A stretch of 64,000 bases of DNA from Candidatus Omnitrophota bacterium (GTDB lineage Bacteria > Omnitrophota > Gorgyraeia > 1-14-0-20-64-10): assembly GCA_023818695.1 (NCBI GenBank), contig JAMWCF010000001.1, positions 531,306 through 595,305 of the forward strand. Reading direction: 5' to 3'. Positions 27,717-37,594 of the stretch are shown here, in pieces (the first letter of the stretch is position 1; each line of letters starts with the position of its first letter). The notes beneath the pieces are model-generated. The model ran no database searches, was not told where the DNA came from, and saw only the letters and a list, made by a program, of their open reading frames with translations. Made by a program: the position numbers and the translations under genes.

Positions 27717-29167
27717 GAGGAGGCCCCCTTGGGTTCCGGCGGACGCTTTGTGTGCCAGCCGGCGGCCTGCTGGTAAGCATAGGCGCCTCGGAACAGGACC
27801 TCCTCCTGGAAAGGCCGGCCGATCCACTGCAGGCCGACCGGCAGCCCTTCCGGCGTGAAACCGCACGGGACCGACAAGGCCGGCAGACCGGCCAGGTTGA
27901 TGGAGATGGTGAAGATATCCGACAGATACATCGTCAAAGGATCCTGGAGTTTCTCGCCCAGCCGGAAAGCCGGCGTGGGGGCGGTGGGGGTGAGGATGCA
28001 GTCGACCTGCTCAAACGCCCGGTCGAAATCCTCCTTGATCAGCGTCCGGACCTTCAAGGCGTGGCCGTAATAGGCGTCGTAGTAGCCGGAGGAGAGGACG
28101 AAGGTTCCCAGGATGATCCGTCTTTTGACCTCCGGCCCGAACCCTTCCCCGCGGGTTTTGGCGTACAGCTCCATCAGGTTGGAGGCGTTCGGGAACCTGT
28201 ACCCGTACTGAACGCCGTCGAAACGGGCCAGGTTGGAACTGGCCTCGGCGGTCGCCAGCACGTAGTAGGTCGGGATCGCGTAGTCGGTGCGGGGCAGCGA
28301 AATCTCCCGCAGTTCTATCCCAAGCGCCCGGCACTGCTCGAAGGCCTTCTCCAACTCGGTTTTCACGCCGGCATCAAGCCCCTTGCCGAAACACTCTTTC
28401 GGCAGGCCGACCTTCAAACCCTTCACGCCGGTTTTGATCTGCTGCAGATAATCGGGGACAGGCAGATCGCCGGAGGTGGAATCCCTCTGGTCGAAACCGA
28501 AAATCACCTGCGACAGAAGCGCGGCATCCTCCACCGTGCGGGCCAGCGGGCCGATCTGGTCCAGGGAAGAAGCGAAAGCGATCAGGCCGTAGCGGGAAAC
28601 GCGGCCGTAGGTCGGCTTCAGACCGACGACGCCGCAGAAGGAGGCCGGCTGCCGAATCGATCCCCCCGTATCCGATCCCAGGGCCAAAGGGGCGATGGAG
28701 GCCGCCACGGAAGCGGCCGAACCGCCGCTGGAACCGCCGGGGACCCGGGACAGATCCCATGGGTTGCGGGTGGGACCGTAGCAGGAATGCTCGCAGGAAG
28801 ATCCGAAGGCAAACTCATCCATGTTCGCCATCCCCGCCAGCAGCGCGCCGGCCGATTGGAGCCGTTCGATGACGGTGGCGTTGTAAGGAGGGCGAAACCC
28901 TTTGAGGATCCGGCTGGCGCAGGTGACAGGGACCCCCTCCACGCAAATATTGTCTTTGACGACCACCGGAACCCCCCAGAGAGGTCCCTTCGGTCCAGTA
29001 CCCTTTTCAAGAGCGGCGGCCTGCCGGGTAAGCCACTCTGGGTCAAACCAGGCGAGCGAGTGGATAGCCGGTTCCCAGACCTCCACCTTCTTGACGAGTT
29101 CTCTGACGACCTCGGAGGGACCGGTTTTCCCTTGCCGGTACATCTGTTGAAGTTCGAAAACCGTCAT
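27713..29167 (-). CDS. gatA: Asp-tRNA(Asn)/Glu-tRNA(Gln) amidotransferase subunit A
   Basis: Amidase signature [13 protein letters not shown]...[25 protein letters not shown]. Confidence 0.94.
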   Translation of the reverse strand: MTVFELQQMYRQGKTGPSEVVRELVKKVEVWEPAIHSLAWFDPEWLTRQAAALEKGTGPKGPLWGVPVVVKDNICVEGVPVTCASRILKGFRPPYNATVIERLQSAGALLAGMANMDEFAFGSSCEHSCYGPTRNPWDLSRVPGGSSGGSAASVAASIAPLALGSDTGGSIRQPASFCGVVGLKPTYGRVSRYGLIAFASSLDQIGPLARTVEDAALLSQVIFGFDQRDSTSGDLPVPDYLQQIKTGVKGLKVGLPKECFGKGLDAGVKTELEKAFEQCRALGIELREISLPRTDYAIPTYYVLATAEASSNLARFDGVQYGYRFPNASNLMELYAKTRGEGFGPEVKRRIILGTFVLSSGYYDAYYGHALKVRTLIKEDFDRAFEQVDCILTPTAPTPAFRLGEKLQDPLTMYLSDIFTISINLAGLPALSVPCGFTPEGLPVGLQWIGRPFQEEVLFRGAYAYQQAAGWHTKRPPEPKGASS

Positions 29168-29457
29168 GAAGCGTCAATGACCTTGGGAACCTTAAAAAAG
29201 GGCCCTTCCCTGGCCGGGGCGTTCGCCAACGCCTTCTCGGTATCCAGCGAAGGCCGGATCTGATCCTCCCGATAGACGTTCGCCAAGCTCAACACATGGG
29301 TGGTGGGCGGGGTGTTGTGCGTCGGAGCGCTTTTGAGAATCTCCACGTAGGAGAGGATTTCTTTGATTTGAGGAGCGAAGAGTTTCAACTCTTCCGGGGT
29401 CAGTTCCAACCGGCACAACTGGGCAAGATATTCGACTTCCTTGGGTGAAATCTCCAT
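29164..29457 (-). CDS. gatC: Asp-tRNA(Asn)/Glu-tRNA(Gln) amidotransferase subunit C
   Basis: 97 aa from the internal ATG: [41 protein letters not shown]...REDQIRPSL. The track extension to 29691 has no support. Confidence 0.88.
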   Translation of the reverse strand: MEISPKEVEYLAQLCRLELTPEELKLFAPQIKEILSYVEILKSAPTHNTPPTTHVLSLANVYREDQIRPSLDTEKALANAPAREGPFFKVPKVIDAS

Positions 29458-29466
29458 CGCCTCGGT

Positions 29467-29495
29467 ATCGTAGCAAATGGGTACAGTGAAGTCAA
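29467..29495 (-). promoter_or_regulatory. candidate sigma70-type promoter of gatCAB, with the -10 hexamer 9 nt from the ATG
   Basis: Minus strand TTGACT (29495..29490), 17 nt, TACGAT (29472..29467), accgaggcg, ATG (29457). Confidence 0.45.
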
Positions 29496-29599
29496 CGAAC
29501 CGCGGCGACGGCCGGCCGTTCTTGGCGGAGGGTCTCTCTTTAAGTATGTCTGATGGAACCGGACCGCTGCCGGATAAACCTACTTGCCAGGATTTATTT

Positions 29600-30445
29600 T
29601 TATTTAACGGATAAGATCCTTGCCAACCGGACCAGATCCTGCAGGGAGAGGGTTTCCGGACGCCTGACAGGATCCAGCCCGGCCGCCGCAATCTGCTGCA
29701 TCAGCCGCTCCTTGTCCTGACCATCCATACATAAACAGAGAGAATTCAGGAGAGTTTTCCGGCGGTGGGTGAACAGCTGCCGTCCAAGCCGGAGGACCCG
29801 CTCTTCCTCTTCGGGAGCCACAACGAGCGCGTCCACCGGATCCAGCTGCAACACGGCGGAGGTCACTTTGGGCTGCGGATAGAAACAGCTCGGAGCAATG
29901 GTGAAAGCGACTGATGGCATGAACGCCACTTGGGCCAACAGCGAGATGCTGGCGTACGCTTTGGTGCCCGGCTGGGCCGTCACCCGGACGGCAACCTCCC
30001 GCTGAACGGTCAGGACCGCCCGTTTCACCCACCGGCGCTGCCGGAGCAAAAACTCCAGTATGGAGGAGGTCAGGGAGTATGGGATGTTCCCGGTGATCAG
30101 CAACTCTTTCGGTCTGCCCGAGGCATAGGAACCCAGGTCCAGCTTCAGCACATCGGACTGGATCAGTTGGAGCCGATCCTGGTCCTTGAAGCGGTCGGTC
30201 AGAACCCTCAAGAAACCGGCGTCCTTCTCCACCGCGTAAACCATGGCGCCGGTTTCCAAAAGGCCGGCCGTCAACGCCCCCAGACCGGCTCCGATCTCCA
30301 CAACAACGCTCCGGGGGCCGACGCCGACCGTCTCCACAATGCGGGAAAGGACCCTCGGATCGACCAGGAAATTCTGCCCCATCCGACGGGGGGATATCCC
30401 GAGCCGGTAACGCCGGACAATCTCTTTGATTTCCCTGCTGTTCAA
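29600..30445 (-). CDS. rsmA: 16S rRNA (adenine1518/1519-N6)-dimethyltransferase
   Basis: TTG start overlapping the pdxA stop (TTGA). GQNFLVDPRVLSRIV, VVEIGAGLGALT, ITGNIPYSLTS. No in-frame ATG lies upstream of the conserved N-terminus. Confidence 0.88.
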   Translation of the reverse strand: MNSREIKEIVRRYRLGISPRRMGQNFLVDPRVLSRIVETVGVGPRSVVVEIGAGLGALTAGLLETGAMVYAVEKDAGFLRVLTDRFKDQDRLQLIQSDVLKLDLGSYASGRPKELLITGNIPYSLTSSILEFLLRQRRWVKRAVLTVQREVAVRVTAQPGTKAYASISLLAQVAFMPSVAFTIAPSCFYPQPKVTSAVLQLDPVDALVVAPEEEERVLRLGRQLFTHRRKTLLNSLCLCMDGQDKERLMQQIAAAGLDPVRRPETLSLQDLVRLARILSVK

Positions 30446-31407
30446 TGCAGGCGGCTCCGCTGGCGGATGAGATGCTGCGCCAACCGGATGGCAGCAATCA
30501 TAGAGGAAGGATCGGCCTTTCCTCTGCCGGCGATCTCGAAACCGGTCCCATGGACCGGGGATGTCCGCACAAAAGGCAACCCCAGCGTCACGTTGACGGC
30601 CTGTTCCCATCCCAAGAGTTTCACCGGGATCAGCGCCTGGTCATGATAAAGGGCGACGACGGCGTCGTACCGACCGTCGGCGGCCTGACGCATCAGGGAA
30701 TCGGCGGGAGTGGGCCCTCCAACCGCCGTCCTGAAAGAGCGGACGACGGGCTTTAAGAGGCGGCTTTCCTCCCGGCCGAACAACCCTCCCTCCCCGGCGT
30801 GGGGATTCAGGGCCGCCAGGCCGACGGTGGGCCGCCGGATTCCGAAATCCCGGCGCAACGCCTGAAGGGTCAGCCGGACGGTCGCGCGCAGAAGATCCCG
30901 GTTCAGCCGTCCCGGCAGCCGGCGCATACTGACGTGGGTCGTGGCGAGACTGACCCGGAAACGGCCGGTCACAAACATCATCACGGTCTTTCGTCGAAAA
31001 GAGCGGGCGAGAAACTCGGTATGGCCGATCCAAGGAATCCCGGCCATGACAATCGCCTCTTTCGAAACCGGGCCGGTCACGATCCCCGCGGCGCGGCCTC
31101 TCTTGAGCAGATCGATCGCCATCCGCAGATAACCGACCGCGGCCCGGCCGGCCGCCGGCTGAACCCGGCCCGGCGAAAACCGTCCAGGAACGTTCTGAAG
31201 ATCGAGCCACTCAAACCGGCTCCATGGCACGGAAAAACGCAGGCGGCCGGCTGTTTTCCGGAGCCACCCGATATCGCCGATGACCGTCACGGGAAAGCGG
31301 GCGGGAATGCGGGGAAGGGATTTCAGGAGCACTTCGGGTCCGATGCCGGCCGGATCCCCCATGGTGATCAGCAGGCGGGGGAACCTACGAGATGGAGATG
31401 TAGGCAT
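30442..31407 (-). CDS. pdxA: 4-hydroxythreonine-4-phosphate dehydrogenase
   Basis: LLITMGDPAGIGPEV, IGHTEFLA, LNPHAGEGGLFG, VRTSPVHGTGFEIAG. Confidence 0.92.
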   Translation of the reverse strand: MPTSPSRRFPRLLITMGDPAGIGPEVLLKSLPRIPARFPVTVIGDIGWLRKTAGRLRFSVPWSRFEWLDLQNVPGRFSPGRVQPAAGRAAVGYLRMAIDLLKRGRAAGIVTGPVSKEAIVMAGIPWIGHTEFLARSFRRKTVMMFVTGRFRVSLATTHVSMRRLPGRLNRDLLRATVRLTLQALRRDFGIRRPTVGLAALNPHAGEGGLFGREESRLLKPVVRSFRTAVGGPTPADSLMRQAADGRYDAVVALYHDQALIPVKLLGWEQAVNVTLGLPFVRTSPVHGTGFEIAGRGKADPSSMIAAIRLAQHLIRQRSRLH

Positions 31408-32377
31408 TCTCCTTTAATTTCCGGATCCACTCCTGATACATGGCGCCCCCTTTCTGATTGTAGAGCTTGTCCCGGATGACATCCTTGACCGACTCTAGAG
31501 GCGCCTGCTCGGCCGGCCGGAACCCCTCGATGCGGAAGATGTGGAACCCCGCAGCCGTCTCAATAACGGGAGAGATCTCCCCCGGCTTCAGGTTGAACAG
31601 GACGCTGTCGATCTCCTTCAGGCTTTTCCCCTGGTCCAGGAAACCGATTCGCCCACCCATCTGCGGGTTCGGCCCATCCGAATAACGGGCTGCCAGGTCA
31701 TAGAAATCGCCGCCCTGGAGGATCTGCTGTCTCAAGCTCTGCGCGAAGGAGCGGGCCTGGGCGGCGTTCAGGTCCGGCTTCGGTTTGATCATCAGCACCG
31801 CCACCTGGACGGCGGCCGGCACGATGAACTCTTTCATGTGGCTCTGGTAGTAAGCGGTCACTTCCGAGGGAGAGACAGAGACCCTGGCATAAATCTGCCT
31901 GTTGATGAGCTTCCGAATGGTGATCTGGTCGCGGTAACGCTGGCGCATCTGCTCCATGGTGAATCCCTGCGTCTTCATCGCCTCTTCAAACGCCTGCCTG
32001 CTTTCAAACGTAGAGGCGATTCTCTCCACCATCTGGTCGATCTCCTGCTCCGAGACGGTGATGGGCGGCGGGGTGCCGATCCTGTTCTTCGAGAATTCGA
32101 CGGGAGCGGGGTTCTTCGCCTCCTGCAGCATCAGCTTCTCCTCGATCAGCTGGTCCAAGATCTGCTGCTGAAGCTCGGATACTTTGAGAGCGGCTTCTTC
32201 CGGAGACATGCTCGCCTGCAGCTGCAGGTAGATTGGCATGACGGCCCTTTTCAGCTCCGATTGGGTGATCACCTCATTGTTGACCACCGCAACGATCCTC
32301 ATCTCCTCGGCCCAGACACCGGCGGGAGACAGGGCGGGCGCGAAAAGGCATAACAAGAGAAATGAAATCGGTTTCAT
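31385..32377 (-). CDS. surA: SurA-like periplasmic chaperone / parvulin-type peptidyl-prolyl isomerase
   Basis: Signal peptide MKPISFLLLCLFAPALSPAGVWA, a SurA_N-like helical region, and one PPIC domain (GRIGFLDQGKSL...AAGFHIFRIEG). Conserved surA-pdxA-rsmA order. Confidence 0.75.
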   Translation of the reverse strand: MKPISFLLLCLFAPALSPAGVWAEEMRIVAVVNNEVITQSELKRAVMPIYLQLQASMSPEEAALKVSELQQQILDQLIEEKLMLQEAKNPAPVEFSKNRIGTPPPITVSEQEIDQMVERIASTFESRQAFEEAMKTQGFTMEQMRQRYRDQITIRKLINRQIYARVSVSPSEVTAYYQSHMKEFIVPAAVQVAVLMIKPKPDLNAAQARSFAQSLRQQILQGGDFYDLAARYSDGPNPQMGGRIGFLDQGKSLKEIDSVLFNLKPGEISPVIETAAGFHIFRIEGFRPAEQAPLESVKDVIRDKLYNQKGGAMYQEWIRKLKENAYISIS

Positions 32378-32416
32378 CGGTTTTCAATCCGCCTTCGGAA
32401 AAACCTGACGCGATTC

Positions 32417-33370
32417 TTAAGAAGTAGGCTGGGCGGCGTCCTGCTGCGCTCTCGGAGTCGATGCCGGCTGCTGGGGCATCGCGAAACTCGGGTCCTTGAT
32501 CTGAACCTGGGCCTTGGCCCTCAACTGCTGGATAAACTCCTCCACCGCCCGTTGCTGCTGGCGGGAGGTCATCTGCCGCTGGATCTGGTCTTTGACCTCA
32601 TCCAACGGCAGCTGCCTGGCGATCTTCCGTTCGGTCAGCATGATCACATGGTAGCCCAGCTGCGTCTGGACGATTCCGGAGTAGTCGCCAATCTTCAGAT
32701 TTTCAACGGCCGTCTCAAACTCCGGGATCAACTGCCCTTTTGAAAAATATCCCACATCTCCCCCGCGGGCCTTGGATGGGTCAATGGAAACTTCCTCGGC
32801 CAGCTTGGTGAATGACTCCCCTGCCTTCAGCCGGTCCAGCACCTTCTGCGCCTCTTCCTGCGTCCTGACCAGGATGTGGCTGGCCCTGTAAGTTTCCGGT
32901 TCCACAAAAGTTTCCTTCCCAGCCTCGTAGGCCTGGGCGATCTCCTCGTCGGACACCTCTTTCTTCTGGCCTTCTCGGACGATCTCCAGAAGACGGCCCA
33001 AGAGAATCTGGCGCCTGGCTTCCCTGACCAGCTGGTCCACGGTCTGGTCCCGCTCAAGCCCCCGGCGCTTGGCCTCCTGAAGGAGGATGGTTTCCATGAT
33101 CATCTCTTCCAAAAGCCGCCGCTTGTCGCCGCCCAACGCCCTCTTGTAAGCCGGATTCAAACGAGCCATCCGGTCATCCACCTGCTGCTGCGTAATCACC
33201 TGACCGTTGACAACGGCCGCCGGTTTGCCTCCGCAGCCGCTGGCAACACCCAGAAGCGACACGGCGAAAACAGCATAAACGGCTTTCTTTTGAAATCGAA
33301 ATGACCGGACCACTTTTCTCTCCTTCCGTAGAATGGATCCTGTTTGCGGATTATAGGCGGAGTGTACCAT
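32417..33370 (-). CDS. parvulin-type peptidyl-prolyl isomerase, probable lipoprotein
   Basis: ATG at 33370 has SD AGGAG 5 nt upstream. Lipobox-like LLGVASGC. PPIC domain (YRASHILV...GGDVGYFSKGQLIPEFE...QLGYHVIML). Confidence 0.75.
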   Translation of the reverse strand: MVHSAYNPQTGSILRKERKVVRSFRFQKKAVYAVFAVSLLGVASGCGGKPAAVVNGQVITQQQVDDRMARLNPAYKRALGGDKRRLLEEMIMETILLQEAKRRGLERDQTVDQLVREARRQILLGRLLEIVREGQKKEVSDEEIAQAYEAGKETFVEPETYRASHILVRTQEEAQKVLDRLKAGESFTKLAEEVSIDPSKARGGDVGYFSKGQLIPEFETAVENLKIGDYSGIVQTQLGYHVIMLTERKIARQLPLDEVKDQIQRQMTSRQQQRAVEEFIQQLRAKAQVQIKDPSFAMPQQPASTPRAQQDAAQPTS

Positions 33371-33552
33371 GAAGCTCCTCTCACCCGCAAGCAGCAAACC
33401 CCGTGGGCGTGAGTTCGTTTCCATTTCCAGACTTCATGCGGTGTCAGCCCTGCTAGGAAGCGGGCGCGGTTCCAGCTTCTTCTTATCCACCGGGAATGGC
33501 CTTTCGTTTATGGCTGTTCAGGAAGGCCGGAGAGCGACCGAGAAAACCGATC

Positions 33553-35466
33553 TTAGCCCTGCTTCTTCAGCTTCTGGACTTCCGCTTTCAGGAGGCGGCA
33601 ATAGAGATCAAACCCGACGGCGCTGATATGCCCGTGCTGCTCCGTGCCCAGGAGGTTCCCCGCTCCGCGCAGCTGCAGATCCTGCAGCGCGATCTGGAAA
33701 CCGGACCCGAGCGTGGAAAAATCCTCGATGGCCTTCAATCTTTTCGCCGCCTCCGCGGTCAGCGGCAGTCCTCGCGGGGTGAGAAAATAGGCGTAGGCCT
33801 GCCGGGTAAACCGGCCAACCCGCCCCCGCAGCTGGTAAAGGTCGGCCAAGCCGAACGATTCGGCGCGAAACACCAGGATGGTGTTGGCGTTGGGGATGTC
33901 GATGCCCGATTCGACGATGGCTGTCGAAACCAGGACATCCGCTTCGCGGCGCATGAAAGACAGCATCGCCTTTTCAAGCGCCCGGGAAGGCATCTGGCCG
34001 TGGGCCAAAACGAGGCGGGCCTGGGGAACCAGGGCGGCGATCTTCGCGTAGATCTTGAAAATCCCTTCGACCCATGGATAGATCACGAAGACCTGGCCGG
34101 ACTTATCGATTTCCCTCGAAATCGCCTGACGGATCAAATCGCCGCTCTCCTCGGCCACAACGGTCTTGACGGGGAGGCGCTCGAAGGGGGGGGTGTCGAT
34201 GATCGACATTGACCGGGCCCCCATCAGGGAGAGGTAGAGGGTCCGGGGGATGGGGGTGGCGGTCATTGTCAGCACATCCGCTTCCGCCCGCAAGCTTTTC
34301 AGATGTTCCTTGTGCCGGACCCCGAACCGCTGCTCTTCATCAATGATCACCAGCCCCAGCCGTTTGAAACTGATGTCCTTCGAAAAGAGCCGGTGGGTCC
34401 CTATGACGATGTCCACCTCTCCCCTCTGGAGGCGCTTGACGGTCAGGGCCTGCTCCCGGGGAGACTGAAACCTGGAGAGCATCGCGACGGAGACGGGGAA
34501 CGCCTTCATCCGGCTGGAGAAGGTCGCGTAATGCTGTTCCGCCAGGATCGTGGTCGGGCACAACAGAACAACCTGACGGTTGTCCATCACCGCCTTGAAG
34601 GCCGCCCGCAGCGCCACCTCCGTCTTGCCATATCCCACGTCGCCGCACAGCAGACGGTCCATCGGCCGGGGAGCTTCCATGTCGGCTTTGATCTCCGCCG
34701 TCGCCTTGAGCTGTCCGGCCGTCTCCCGGAAAGGAAAGGCCTTCTCGATCTCTTTCTGCCAATCGGTATCTTTCTGAAAAGCGAATCCGGGCCGACTCAA
34801 ACGCTTCGCCTCCAGCAGCAGGAGCTGATGGGCCACGGAGGCAGCCCCCCGGCGTGCCCATTCTTTGGACCGCTGCCAGTACTTCGTGCCCAGCCGGGAC
34901 AGCTGCGGAGGCCGTCCTTCAAAACCGATGTATTTCTGGAGAAGGTGCAGCTCTTCCAGAGGGACGTAAAGACGGTCCCCATCGGCGTATTCTAGGACGA
35001 CGTGCTCGATGATCCGGGCGCCGCTTCGTGCTTTTTTCAAGCCCAGGTAACGGCCGATCCCGTGGCTGACATGAACAACCAGATCGCCAACCCGGATATC
35101 CACGAAGGGATCCAGTGGGGTTTCTTCGGTCAGGAAGAGGTGCTTGACGGAAGCGCGGATCGGCTTCCTGTGGAGACCGGAGGCGGGAAGAATAATCGCC
35201 ATCTCGTGCTGGAAGAACGGCTCCCCCGTGACGGGATGGACAGACCGAATGCCGACCACCGTTTCATGGTCCAGCTCGATCCGCAGGGGGGCCTCGAATG
35301 CCTCCGGAAAGATGTCCAGGATCCCCCCCTTGAGACTGCAGTCCCCCGGATCGTGAACCTTGGCGACCCGCTGATACCCCTGCGCCAGAAGGAACCGGAT
35401 GGTTTCATGGGGATCCATCCGCTGTCCCCGGCAGATCTTTAAAGCGGATTCAAGCCCGGCTGGCAT
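33553..35466 (-). CDS. mfd: transcription-repair coupling factor, short form (637 aa)
   Basis: RNAP-interaction region GDLVVHVSHGIGRYLGL...YADGDRLYVP, helicase motifs CGDVGYGKTEVALRAAF, VIIDEEQRFG, LTMTATPIPRT, and LYQLRGRVGR. The N-terminus starts inside the UvrB-like ILDIFP...RIEL block. It ends just after the translocase. The argS stop lies 8 nt upstream. Confidence 0.85.
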   Translation of the reverse strand: MPAGLESALKICRGQRMDPHETIRFLLAQGYQRVAKVHDPGDCSLKGGILDIFPEAFEAPLRIELDHETVVGIRSVHPVTGEPFFQHEMAIILPASGLHRKPIRASVKHLFLTEETPLDPFVDIRVGDLVVHVSHGIGRYLGLKKARSGARIIEHVVLEYADGDRLYVPLEELHLLQKYIGFEGRPPQLSRLGTKYWQRSKEWARRGAASVAHQLLLLEAKRLSRPGFAFQKDTDWQKEIEKAFPFRETAGQLKATAEIKADMEAPRPMDRLLCGDVGYGKTEVALRAAFKAVMDNRQVVLLCPTTILAEQHYATFSSRMKAFPVSVAMLSRFQSPREQALTVKRLQRGEVDIVIGTHRLFSKDISFKRLGLVIIDEEQRFGVRHKEHLKSLRAEADVLTMTATPIPRTLYLSLMGARSMSIIDTPPFERLPVKTVVAEESGDLIRQAISREIDKSGQVFVIYPWVEGIFKIYAKIAALVPQARLVLAHGQMPSRALEKAMLSFMRREADVLVSTAIVESGIDIPNANTILVFRAESFGLADLYQLRGRVGRFTRQAYAYFLTPRGLPLTAEAAKRLKAIEDFSTLGSGFQIALQDLQLRGAGNLLGTEQHGHISAVGFDLYCRLLKAEVQKLKKQG

Positions 35467-35473
35467 CGCCTGT

Positions 35474-37156
35474 TTACATCTTTTCCGGAGCGGCCACTCC
35501 CAAAATCTTCAACCCGTTTTCCAAGACGGTGCGGACCCCCGCCGCCAGATCCAGCCGAGCCGAAGAAAGCCCGACGTCATCGCTTAAAACTCGGTGGGTG
35601 TCGTAAAAGCGGTGGAAGGCCTCCGCCAACTCCTGCAGATACGAGACGATGCCGAACGGCTCGAGAGCGGCGGCGGAACTTTCGACAACCCCGGGGAACT
35701 CCCTCAAGAGCTTCAGCAGAAAAACCTCCTCCCCCGCCTGAAGGCGTGACAGATCGGCCGGACGGACCGGCTGGAATCCCTGCTTCCTCCGGTTTTCGAA
35801 GATGTTGCATATCCTGGCATGGGCGTACTGGATGTAGTAGACCGGATTCTCAAGGGAATGTTTTTTCGCCAGCTCCAGGTCGAACTCCAGGGGGGCGTCC
35901 GTCTTCCTTAACAGGAAGAAGAAGCGGGCCGCGTCCACCCCGACCTCATCCATGACCTGCGTCAACGTGATGAACTCTCCTTCCCGCGTGGACATGGGGA
36001 TCGTCTCTTTGCCGCGCTTCAAAGTGCACAACTGGACGATCCGGACTTGGATCTTTTCCGGCGCGAAACCCAGCGCCTGCATCGCCGCTTTGATCCGGGG
36101 GATGTAGCCGTGATGGTCCGGACCCCACAAGTTGACCAGAAGCTCGAACCCCCTCTGGAATTTCCGGCGGTGATACGCGATGTCGGCGGCGATGTACGTC
36201 AGCCGTCCATCCGAGCGGATCACCACCCGGTCCTTGTCATCCCCGAAGGCGGTGGATTTCAGCCACCAGGCCCCTTCCGAAAGGTACAGGTATCCGCGCC
36301 GCTTCAGGATCCCCAGCGTGCGGTTCAGGTAGCCGAACCGGCTCAAGGAACTCTGGGGGAACCAGGGACCGAACCGGACGCCGAACCGGTCCAGCTCCGA
36401 CCGGATCACCCGCGACAGGGCCTCCACGGCGAATGTCCTCGCCAGATGCTGGGCGCTGGATTTCTCCAGCGCGCCGGGACCGACCCGTTTCAGCAACTCA
36501 GCTCCGAGGGCGCGGACATACTGCCCCTTATAGCCGTTCTCCGGAAATTGAAAGGACAGGCCGGCCGTCTCCCGCGCCCGGGCCAAAACCGACTGTCCCA
36601 GCAACTCGATCTGGGTCCCCTCGTCGTTGAGATAATATTCCCGGACGACCCGGTAGCCGGCAAAAAGAAGGAGATTCGCCAGGGCGTCTCCCACCGCTGC
36701 CTGGCGGCCGTGCGCTACCGACAGCGGCCCGGTCGGGTTGGCGCTGACGAATTCCACCATCGCCTTGCGCCCTGCCCCTAGGCGGGACCTGCCGAACTCG
36801 GACCCCTGCGACAAAACATGGCGCAGGACGTCGCACAGGAAGGAGTGGCTGACGAAAAAATTCACGAAGCCGGGCGGCTTCGCTTCCACCTTTTCGATGA
36901 TCCCCTTCAGCGGGGAACCGGGCAAAAAGCGTTCGACCCGCTCGACGATCTTCCCCGCGATCTCGAGGGGGGGCCGGCGCAGCTCCCCCGCCATCCTCAT
37001 GGCGATGGAGGTGGCGACATCCCCGTGTGCTCTGGAGCGGGGGATCTCCAGCTCGATCAGGGGAGCCGCGCCGTTTCCGGTCGACATACGGATCTCGGAG
37101 ACGGCTCGTTGGAGGAGATCTTTTAAAGTCGGCTCGAAGAGCTGAATGGGGTTCAT
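35474..37156 (-). CDS. argS: arginine--tRNA ligase
   Basis: 560 aa. FVSANPTGPLSVAHGR (HIGH region), IPMSTREGEF (KMSK equivalent), and a C-terminal DALR-type anticodon-binding helix bundle. Confidence 0.93.
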   Translation of the reverse strand: MNPIQLFEPTLKDLLQRAVSEIRMSTGNGAAPLIELEIPRSRAHGDVATSIAMRMAGELRRPPLEIAGKIVERVERFLPGSPLKGIIEKVEAKPPGFVNFFVSHSFLCDVLRHVLSQGSEFGRSRLGAGRKAMVEFVSANPTGPLSVAHGRQAAVGDALANLLLFAGYRVVREYYLNDEGTQIELLGQSVLARARETAGLSFQFPENGYKGQYVRALGAELLKRVGPGALEKSSAQHLARTFAVEALSRVIRSELDRFGVRFGPWFPQSSLSRFGYLNRTLGILKRRGYLYLSEGAWWLKSTAFGDDKDRVVIRSDGRLTYIAADIAYHRRKFQRGFELLVNLWGPDHHGYIPRIKAAMQALGFAPEKIQVRIVQLCTLKRGKETIPMSTREGEFITLTQVMDEVGVDAARFFFLLRKTDAPLEFDLELAKKHSLENPVYYIQYAHARICNIFENRRKQGFQPVRPADLSRLQAGEEVFLLKLLREFPGVVESSAAALEPFGIVSYLQELAEAFHRFYDTHRVLSDDVGLSSARLDLAAGVRTVLENGLKILGVAAPEKM

Positions 37157-37172
37157 AGAAGAGATCCGCGCC

Positions 37173-37562
37173 TTAAGCGCGCTTCTTCCGGAGCGCGGGT
37201 TTGACGCTTTTCTTTGCGGGCTGGGCCTTCCCGTTGAGAACCGCTTTGATCTTTAAAGGAAGCCTGGGGGCGTCCGCCCAGAGACGTTCCAGCCGGTAGA
37301 ATTCCCGGACATCCGGGAAAAAGATGTGCACCACGACCGGCCCGTAATCCAGCAGCTTCCAGCCCCCCTGCGGCTGACCCTCCTCATGGGCGGAGCGCAC
37401 ACCGTTCGTTCGGAACTTTTCCTTGATGTCGTCCGCGATCGTCTGGAGGTGCCGGTCGGAGTCTACGCTGCAAAGAACGAAAAAATCGAAACTGTAAGAA
37501 AGCTTCCGAAGGTCAAGTACGACCACATCCTCGGCCTTGGCGTCCAAGGCCGTCTGGGCCAT
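37173..37562 (-). CDS. rsfS: ribosome silencing factor RsfS
   Basis: MAQTALDAKAEDVVVLDLRKLSYSFDFFVLCSVDSDRHLQTIADDI, DYGPVVVHIF. The track start (GTG 37640) would run through the small zinc-ribbon ORF in another frame, so ATG 37562 is preferred. The start remains uncertain. Confidence 0.8.
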   Translation of the reverse strand: MAQTALDAKAEDVVVLDLRKLSYSFDFFVLCSVDSDRHLQTIADDIKEKFRTNGVRSAHEEGQPQGGWKLLDYGPVVVHIFFPDVREFYRLERLWADAPRLPLKIKAVLNGKAQPAKKSVKPALRKKRA

Positions 37563-37594
37563 GGCAATGGCTAGTTGGCGGCTTGAGCGGTTGA

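Noticed and set aside
27752-29263. 503-aa plus-strand ORF
   Set aside because: It is antisense to gatA (amidase signature present on the minus strand). It has biased R/G/D/P composition, no SD and no motifs. The same reasoning applies to 24069..25040 (antisense to the deacetylase gene), 37734..38873 (antisense to the CNNM gene), 40715..41911 (antisense to proB), 17558..18403 (antisense to polA) and the other long plus-strand ORFs.
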